Position numbers and translations under genes: made by a program | Virus record (IMG/VR): IMGVR_UViG_2061766007_001503 | Direction: 5' to 3' (one strand) | Source of the DNA: an uncultured virus (IMG/VR IMGVR_UViG_2061766007_001503) | Lineage: Duplodnaviria; Heunggongvirae; Uroviricota; Caudoviricetes | DNA: 30,951 bases | The notes under the pieces: generated by a model | The model's database searches: none | Seen by the model: the letters and a program-made list of their open reading frames with translations, nothing else | What the model was told of the DNA's origin: nothing | Shown here: positions 23,731 to 30,951 of the stretch, piece by piece | Position numbering within the stretch: the first letter of the stretch is position 1 | Layout: each line of letters opens with the position of its first letter

Positions 23731-23772
23731 AAAAGAGCCTTGTCTAATAAAATAGACAAGGCTCATTTTTTT
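23731..23772. terminator. Bidirectional intrinsic terminator between the convergent modules
   Basis: 12-bp stem GAGCCTTGTCTA (23735-23746) / TAGACAAGGCTC (23753-23764), with an A-run on the left and a T-run on the right. Lies between the ruvC-like and dut stop codons. Confidence 0.9.
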
Positions 23773-24205
23773 ATACTCCGGTGGAACCAAAACCACCTGC
23801 ACCACGACTAGTTTCTTCCAACTCAGAAACTACTTCAAAATCAACATCAATATAAGGGAGGAATACCAACTGTGCAATCCTCATTCCATTAGTAATCCAA
23901 ATACAATCATCAGAATGGTTGTGAAGTGCAACGATATACTCACCGGTATAATCTTCATCACAAACACCAACTTTATTTGCGGGTGCCGCACCGTTCTTAA
24001 TAGCTAGTCCAGAACGTGCGAAGATAGCTCCAAAGTAACCTTCAGGCGGAGTTATCGCAAGCCCCGTACCAATCTTAACTGTATCACCAGGGCCGATACA
24101 AATATCATTATCAATGCAAGCGTGGAGATCATATCCCGCTGCCTTTTCTGATCCTCTTGTAGGAAGTTCTGCCTTAGGATTTAATCTTTTAACTTGAGCA
24201 ATCAT
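23771..24205 (-). CDS. dut: Trimeric dUTPase
   Basis: Motifs AAGYDL, ARSGLA, GVCDEDYTGE, RIAQLV and RGAGGFGSTG. Confidence 0.97.
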   Translation of the reverse strand: MIAQVKRLNPKAELPTRGSEKAAGYDLHACIDNDICIGPGDTVKIGTGLAITPPEGYFGAIFARSGLAIKNGAAPANKVGVCDEDYTGEYIVALHNHSDDCIWITNGMRIAQLVFLPYIDVDFEVVSELEETSRGAGGFGSTGV

Positions 24206-24495
24206 TCTTCTTCATCCTCACTATCTTCTACAATAGGAAATCCACTTACAGGGGAAATGCTATATGCGACCTCCGCACTAATATCGGGAGTCTTTTCTGC
24301 AGTGAAGTCCTTAACAAGAACTACTCTCCGCCACTCGTCAACAATTTCACCCTTTGCTTTTGCACATTTATATTCATTTGAATACTTGCTTAAAGTATAA
24401 TTGTGATCTTTCTTTGCTGCCTCAATTAGCGCCTTTGCTTCACTTTCTGAATCTACTCTATACATCTCTGTTGTTCTAATTAGATATTTAGCCAT
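24202..24495 (-). CDS. Hypothetical phage protein (97 aa), acidic tail
   Basis: AAGGAG RBS. ATGA overlap with the dut start. Confidence 0.85.
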   Translation of the reverse strand: MAKYLIRTTEMYRVDSESEAKALIEAAKKDHNYTLSKYSNEYKCAKAKGEIVDEWRRVVLVKDFTAEKTPDISAEVAYSISPVSGFPIVEDSEDEEE

Positions 24496-24506
24496 TATAA
24501 TCTCCT

Positions 24507-24761
24507 TTAAATAATATGAAGTGTAAACTTTCTTTCTGTTTCTGGAATTTCTTCCTCTATTTTTGTCACATATTTAAATATATAATTCTTTGGACCATTA
24601 AAATAAATTCTTTCAATAGCATATCTAGTATTTAATTCTTTAATCTTACTAGTCAATTTTGCCATTGGAGTTTTTACTGTTTCTGAATATTCTCCATCTG
24701 TATAAACAATAATTTCTTGATTTAAAACAAATGGCTTGATATTAACTGTTATAATACTCAT
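24507..24761 (-). CDS. Hypothetical phage protein (84 aa)
   Basis: AAGGAGG RBS overlapping the upstream stop; tightly packed in the operon. Confidence 0.8.
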   Translation of the reverse strand: MSIITVNIKPFVLNQEIIVYTDGEYSETVKTPMAKLTSKIKELNTRYAIERIYFNGPKNYIFKYVTKIEEEIPETERKFTLHII

Positions 24762-24770
24762 AGTACCTCC

Positions 24771-25075
24771 TTAGGTGCATCTAATAACACCATTGGTATA
24801 ATCAAATAAATAGTAAGCAAAATTTTCATTAGTCTCAGGATCTCTTACCCAAATTTCCCATACATTATCGGTATCCTCAGCCTTATCAATGAAAATAACT
24901 CCACCACGATTTTTAAGAGTAATCATTAATTCTTTGCGAATATTTTTTTCCTTTGCATTTTCAGCAATATCAAAAATAGTAAAGTCATAACGCTCTCTAC
25001 ACAGAAGCATCCAATACTCTTTCTTCACCATTTCATCTGCTAACATTGCAATCTTCTGATTAAAAAGAATACCAT
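24771..25075 (-). CDS. Hypothetical phage protein, N-terminus lost in the gap 25076-25350
   Basis: Open frame ...GILFNQKIAMLADEMVKKEYWMLLCRERYDFTIFD...WEIWVR...FAYYLFDYTNGVIRCT-TAA. Confidence 0.8.
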
Positions 25076-25350
25076 NNNNNNNNNNNNNNNNNNNNNNNNN
25101 NNNNNNNNNNNNNNNNNNNNNNNNNNNNNNNNNNNNNNNNNNNNNNNNNNNNNNNNNNNNNNNNNNNNNNNNNNNNNNNNNNNNNNNNNNNNNNNNNNNN
25201 NNNNNNNNNNNNNNNNNNNNNNNNNNNNNNNNNNNNNNNNNNNNNNNNNNNNNNNNNNNNNNNNNNNNNNNNNNNNNNNNNNNNNNNNNNNNNNNNNNNN
25301 NNNNNNNNNNNNNNNNNNNNNNNNNNNNNNNNNNNNNNNNNNNNNNNNNN

Positions 25351-27519
25351 GCGGAGGCGCTGAATCTTCTGACCACCGCACTCAGGGCATTCACGATCAA
25401 TTAAACCAGTGTATCCACAATTAAGACACATATCATTAGGAATATTAATTGCAAAATATGGAATATCTTTATCCATAGCATAATTTACAATAGTCTCAAG
25501 AGCAGAAAGATTATTTAATACTTCACCTTCAAGCTCCACATAGGTAATGCATCCCGCAGAACTATATCCTGTTAATTGACTTTCAATATCAATTTTTTCA
25601 AAAAGAGAAATCTCTTTCCATACAGGCACATGCATACTATTAGTGAAATAATCTCTGTCACTAACATTAGGAATAATTCCATACTTGGCTTTGAATTTCT
25701 GCATGCTAGTGTAGCAGAGATTTTCAGCTGGGGTCATATATACGCCAAAGTTAAGTTTATATTCTTCTTTAAATTCAGCACAGCGATCTTTAAATAACTG
25801 CTCAATACGCTTTGCTAATTCCATTCCTTCTTTTGTTGTATGGTCACAACCTATAAGAATTTGAAGAGTTTCGGCTAAACCAATCTGGCCTAGAGCAAGA
25901 GTTCCGTGTTTTAAGGCGCTACGGATACCTTCTTCTGGAATATATCCTGCCATAGTTCCATTCTCATACATGAATTTTGCGGAAGCGGGATCTTGAGAAC
26001 AAATATATTCAAAACGCTCAATAAGCATATCTTTAGCATCATAAATTGCATCATCAAGTAATTTAAAGAAACATCTTTCAAGTCTTTCTGGAAAAGTCCA
26101 AATATCTAAATCTAATTGGTGAGCTAATTCTTTTGCTTCCATTGCTATTGTTGGAAGAATTATAGTTACAGGACAAATATTTCCGCGTCCATCCTTAAGC
26201 TGACCGAACCCGTTTATATCCCATCCATTGGCAGTCCTGCACCCCATTGTACTAAAGTATGTACGCGGATCATCTGGATCATATCCTGCGTTACCACTCC
26301 AATCACAGTTCGCATAATTAGGATAGAGTCTTTGTGCAGTAGATCTAAGTGCTAATTGGTAAAGGTCATAATTTGGATCATCAGGTTTGCGATTTACACC
26401 TTTCATCATTTGGAATATTCCGCAAGGGAATATAGGAGTTTTATGAAATTTACCTACTCCCTTAATACTACCTCTAAGAAGTGCTTCTGTGACCAAACGA
26501 CCTTCAGGAAGCGTACATGTTCCATAATTAATTGAGGTAAAGGGAAGCTGATTTCCGCTTCGTGATTGTAGGGTGTTGAGATTATGATACATACCCTCAA
26601 CTGCCTGTTGTGTTTCTTTAATTGTCATATCCATAGCATATTCATAAATGGCTCTATCTTCTTTATAATAATCATCTTCAATACTTATATCTTTAGGATC
26701 TAAATTATTTATACGAAAATATTCCTCTGGTCGTTTAGCTCTTCGCCCTCCAAAATTACCAGACCAAAAAGCGCCATCTTTATAATGTTTATAAAAACTT
26801 TTTCTTACATAAGGGACCATAGTCCAATCTAAGTGTGTCGCAGATACTCCTCCAAACTGCTGTAGAGACTGAAGCTGAAAAATCACCGCGACTAATTGAA
26901 AAGCAGTATTCACGCTATTCGCAGGGCGCACATCTGTCTGCCGCGTATTGAAACCTTTTGCAAGTAAATCATCAAAAGGAACACTAAGACAATTATGCAT
27001 ACCTATAGCATAGCTGTCGAGATCATGAATATAAATCTCATTATTCACATGTCTAGCTTTTGATTTCTTTGACATACAATTATCAAGTGCAAATTCTTTC
27101 ATAAGAACAGAATCTGCTTCACCTTTACGACCACCAAAGCTATGTTCATCAACATTCGCATTCTGATTTTGAACATTACTAGCTTGAAGTTTTTCCTTGA
27201 TAATCTCCATCATATGAGTATTCCATTGACGTTCTTTATCTCTATCATGGCGATATTCAATGTATGCGGTGGCCACATCCTTCCTACGGGTAGACATGAG
27301 ACCGTGCTCAACAAGAGATTGAATATCATCAATAGTTAACTCATTGGGAGCGCCCTCCATGTATCCTTCAATGTAATCTGCAATATTCTGAGATTTCTCT
27401 TTTGCATAGTCTGTAATTTCTCCATCTACTGCAAGAAATGCTCTTTCTACTGCGGATTTGATTTTCTCTGGATTAAATTCCTGGCGGGTGCCATCCCTCT
27501 TAATAATATAAAAAGACAT
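25351..27519 (-). CDS. nrdD: Anaerobic (class III) ribonucleoside-triphosphate reductase with N-terminal ATP-cone; last residues lie in the gap
   Basis: ATP-cone IIKRDG...KIKSAV, IYIHDLD, QLPFTSINYG, MGCRT, GNICPVT, TPAENL, YFTNSMH and Zn-site CLNC..CPEC, then QRLR; the glycyl-radical RVxGY motif would fall in the gap. GGGAGG RBS. Confidence 0.97.
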
Positions 27520-27577
27520 ATTAAATTTACCTCCCTAAGTATATATGTATTTTAAGGTTTGTAAATATACTTGAAAA

Positions 27578-27593
27578 ATACAAGATATTGATT
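27578..27593. promoter_or_regulatory. NrdR-box-like palindrome upstream of nrdD
   Basis: ATACAAGATATTGATT; the core CAAGATATTG matches 9/10 of the NrdR consensus core C(A/T)ATATAT(A/T)G. It lies about 60 nt upstream of the nrdD start. Confidence 0.5.
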
Positions 27594-27608
27594 AATCATT
27601 TCTGATAT

Positions 27609-27861
27609 TTAGTCGCAAAGCCCATCTTCTAGTTCTTTGATCCTACGGTTGCAATACCAAATAGCCTTCTTGAGGTCTTGAATAGCTTTCTCAACCTGAT
27701 CCTGCTCAGCATAGTCCTGCTTACGTCCAGCTCTGGAGATATACTTAATTGCATNNNNNNNNNNNNNNNNNNNTCTTATCCTCAATATAATCAATTACTT
27801 CAATTTTAGTTCCAGCATAATGCGCCGGTCTTTCTACCGGATCAAATAAATCTGTTCTCAT
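27609..27861 (-). CDS. DUF3310-family protein, split by one gap
   Basis: MRTDLFDPVERPAHYAGTKIEVIDYIEDK-[gap]-AIKYISRAGRK...QDLKKAIWY, the typical V-x-x-P-x-HY / KY-x-x-R / DL-x-KA-x-WY pattern. ATGA overlap with the upstream gene and GGAGG RBS. Confidence 0.9.
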
Positions 27862-28091
27862 TTGTTACCTCCCTGGTTTTTCTTAATTTGACGATCCACA
27901 GATACGACGGTTTCTTTTAATTGAGTGCCATCATTAGGACAATAATATAATATTCTTACTTTTTCAACTGTAAAACTATGACCTTGAAACCACTCTTCTT
28001 TTTCTGTTACTTTTTTAGCATAACAATTCTTTTTGTGTATTTCTTGCCTACATATTGGGCAATACATAAAATCTTCACTTATTAATCCCAT
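27858..28091 (-). CDS. Small putative metal-binding (Zn-ribbon-like) protein, 77 aa
   Basis: CPIC and CPND motifs. Packed between dnaE and DUF3310, with translational coupling to the latter. Its RBS falls in a gap. Confidence 0.7.
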   Translation of the reverse strand: MGLISEDFMYCPICRQEIHKKNCYAKKVTEKEEWFQGHSFTVEKVRILYYCPNDGTQLKETVVSVDRQIKKNQGGNK

Positions 28092-30951
28092 AATTCNNNN
28101 NNNNNNNNNNNNNNNNNNNNNNNNNNNNNNTCATCTTCTTCTATTGCATTACTACTTGTGTATCTATCATGTCTAATTTTAATTGCATCACCACTTACTT
28201 CTTCAATAAGATAAAGTTGATGCCATTCAGTATTTTGATAAGTCTTAGCTACCCAAGTATCTTCTCTTCTGAAACCAGTGACAAGTAACATCTTACCTCT
28301 ACCGAACCAACCTTTTTCAATAACTTTCTTACTACCATCAGGCTGAATTTCACTTATCTGCTTTTTGAACATAGCATAATAATCTCTAGTAAACTTCACA
28401 TGAACAACGCCCGAAGTAGTTAATAATGTTACTAAACAATGGTTATCATCTTTTGCCAGTACAGTTCCAGCAATTCTCCTTAACTTATAAATAGGAATTT
28501 GCTTTCCGCCTCTCTTCCAATAATAATCAACTTCTGGATTAGAGGATAAATCTTTAAAATCTACAATTCCATATCTATTATTATCCACATCCGCAAGTTC
28601 GTGACGACCATAATAGAAACACAGTGCATCCATTTCCCAATGTGATGTAGATCCACTAGCATATTTATCCCACATTTCTTTAAATAAAACCTGGTTATAT
28701 GCTTGCAATATTTCTTCTTGATTTGTTTTTAACCATTCCCGCGCGACATCCATATATTTTTGATAAATCTTATCCCACGCAGTTTGAAGAATAGAGGTTG
28801 TATTATCTTTAATTGATAACAAATCAAGATAATCTGGCATAAACTTTTCAAAGAACTTAATACATTCAGTATCAAAANNNNNNNNNNATTTGCTTTTAAA
28901 TACTTGTTAAAGTTAAATACTCTAATTTGCATTTCTAATTCTTGAGGGACTAAACCATGTTGGACTAAACCATTAAAATTAATAAGATTTAATNNNNNNN
29001 NNNNNNNNNNNNNNNNNNNNNNNAATATAATATGCCATTATCTCTCTTCTATTTGCAAATGACTTATCTATTTCATCAAATGCTCCAGCCTTAATGAGAT
29101 TAATATTTGCAGTTTTCTTCAGCGGGCATCTTACCATAAAATCTTTAATACCCGTATAAGGTCTATTTGCTTTTATCTGTTCAATAATATCATCACTAAT
29201 ATTACTAATTGCTTTCAAACCATACAAGATGCGGTTATTCTTAATATCAGGTTCAAATCCATAATTTGAAGTATTAATATTTGCTAAAGATACTTTAATA
29301 CCTTTACCCTTAATTGTGCTAATAGCTTTTGCTATCTTCGCATAATCAGTACCTTTATCTTTATTATCTTCAAGACTTCCGCTATTAACTACTAAGCAAG
29401 CGGTGTCCCAATAGATAGGATTCCATTTAGTTGCGATATACGCAGTTTGAAACCCAATAAACGAATAAGCAAGCGCATGGATAACACTAAATGAATAACC
29501 CATCTGTGGCCCAAGTCCACATTCCCAGACATACTTACCAAGTGCAGGGGACGCCGCCTGATCCAGAACCTGTTGATGCAACTCTGGAATTTTGCTCATT
29601 TGTTTTTTACCAACAATCTTTCTTGCGGCGTTTGCATCCTTAAGGCTAAAGTTACAAATCTTTTCGTCCATGAGCATTGTCATTAACTGCTCCTGTGAAG
29701 GTGGGACGCCATGTGACTTTAAGAAGTGAGGTTTCAAAACTTCCATTTCTTCTTCTGTCAAACCATAATGTTTCATTTCATCATACCAAAGAGTAATGTT
29801 ATTCTTAAATCTAACATATTTATCTATTGGCTGTTCTCNNNNNNNNNNNNNNCATTAGGCCATTAGCATCGCTCATTTCCATAATACTACGAGGTTTAAT
29901 CTTCTTAGCGGCTTGTGATCCAACTTCACTATCGAACTGAAACAAGTCGAGAATCTTAACCTGCTGAATATTCTTCCAAATATCATCATCATCAATAGGA
30001 AGAACATTCGGGTGAAAATATTTATTATACACTTCTCTTAAAGATAAATCTTGTTCAATCTCTCCATATTCTTGAAGAAACTTAATTGCTTGTACTAACT
30101 TATCTTGTACTTCTGTTACGAGGAAATCATACTTCGTCATTCCCGCAGCTTCGCACATATGAAGGTCATACTGAGTAATTACATCTCCGCTCGGAGTTCT
30201 CATAAAACAACCAAATTCATACGGATCTTCATCAAACAAAATAACACCAGATGCATGACTACTACGCTTATTGATAATTCCCTCAATGCCAATCATAATA
30301 TCTAAAAGTCCGGGATATTGATTTACTTCATTAAGAAAACTACTGACTGGTTTTCTACCTTTGGATTCATCACCATATACGACGGTATGCAAGTCCCATA
30401 AAAATCCTCTTTCTTGGGGAATGAGACTGGACATGTATTGAGCGGTGTCAACGTCAATTCCGTCGGGATACTCATCGCTACGATAACCTCGACAAGCTGT
30501 TTGTATAGCTGATTTAGTAGTTTCTGTCCCGAAGGTTGCGATGAGAGTACATCCACAATTTCGTCTAGTGACATCATCGATGTTGGCATTAAAATTTCTT
30601 CCTCTTTCATCTTTTATCCTTTGTAAAATTAATGGTCTTTTGCTAGGACATAAATCAAGGTCAATATCACCTAGCTCGAATCTTTCTTTATTCAGATATC
30701 TCCAGAATGGAAGATCCCACTCTATAGGATCCAATTGAGTAATACCAAGGAGATAGTGATTTAAACCTGAACAAGATGAACCACGTCCCGCGCCTACCAT
30801 ACTTCCGCATTCCCAAAACATATCAACATAATGCTGAAGTGTAATAGGATAAGAAAACATATTTGTATGTAATGCTTCTCCTATTGTTCTTTTAATATCT
30901 GCTTCATATTCAAGGCGGGAGACATATTCATCATTATATTTATCTATTTCT
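28082..30951 (-). CDS. dnaE: DNA polymerase III alpha subunit (family C, DnaE-type), 5'-truncated, split by N-gaps
   Basis: GAGRGSS, YLLGITQLDP, GDIDLD, SSHASGV, KYDFL, LFQF, GYSFSVIHALAYS, ILYGLKAISNI and a C-terminal OB-fold-like region. The frame is open to the window end and the linkers between track fragments read open (EQPIDKYVRFK, LNLINFNGLVQ, FDTECIKFFEKF). The true stop is either 28082 or inside the gap 28097-28130. Confidence 0.95.

Noticed and set aside
25060..25400. Track extension of nrdD to 25060 and of the 24771 ORF to 25400
   Set aside because: Both are artefacts of translating through 275 Ns; the real stop and start lie within the gap.
184..30738. Short antisense or alternate-frame ORFs in the track (e.g. 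184..417, 674..868, 5306..5506, 6220..6438, 7782..8045, 14506..14922, 24194..24400, 25576..25797, 27142..27339, 30105..30738)
   Set aside because: They overlap well-supported genes, lack recognisable motifs, or consist largely of Ns.
28082..30951. Split DnaE, intein or intron
   Set aside because: Linkers between fragments continue the polymerase sequence. No intein splice motifs or homing endonuclease are seen, and the gaps are too short to hold one.
1..30951. CRISPR array, tRNA or structured ncRNA
   Set aside because: Intergenic spaces are all about 150 nt or less and are explained by terminators, promoters and RBSs. No periodic repeats or cloverleaf seen by eye.

Overview
AT-rich fragment of a large tailed dsDNA phage. 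The host is probably an anaerobic Firmicute, inferred from sigmaA-type extended -10 promoters, GGAGG ribosome-binding sites, a class III RNR and an LL-H-type holin. The assembly has about 27 short N-gaps, many of which shift the apparent frame, so the ORF track splits several giant genes; I read across the gap flanks and found open frames. The + strand (1-23724) is a virion/lysis module: a >2770-aa tape measure protein, a ~2060-aa tail/receptor-binding protein with a C-terminal S74 intramolecular chaperone, a small ORF, two holin-like membrane proteins, two large baseplate-type proteins, two tail-fibre-repeat proteins and a RuvC-like resolvase with its own promoter. The - strand (23771-30951) converges on it and is a replication/nucleotide-metabolism module: DnaE-type Pol III alpha, a small Cys-motif protein, DUF3310, NrdD, three hypotheticals and dUTPase. 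A bidirectional terminator separates the two modules. I found no CRISPR array, RNA gene, reverse transcriptase, intein or stop-codon recoding, and I cannot show a wholly new system. The best leads are a ~370-aa domain inserted inside a tail-fibre repeat, a shared set of cis-elements upstream of structural genes, and an NrdR-box-like operator upstream of the phage nrdD.
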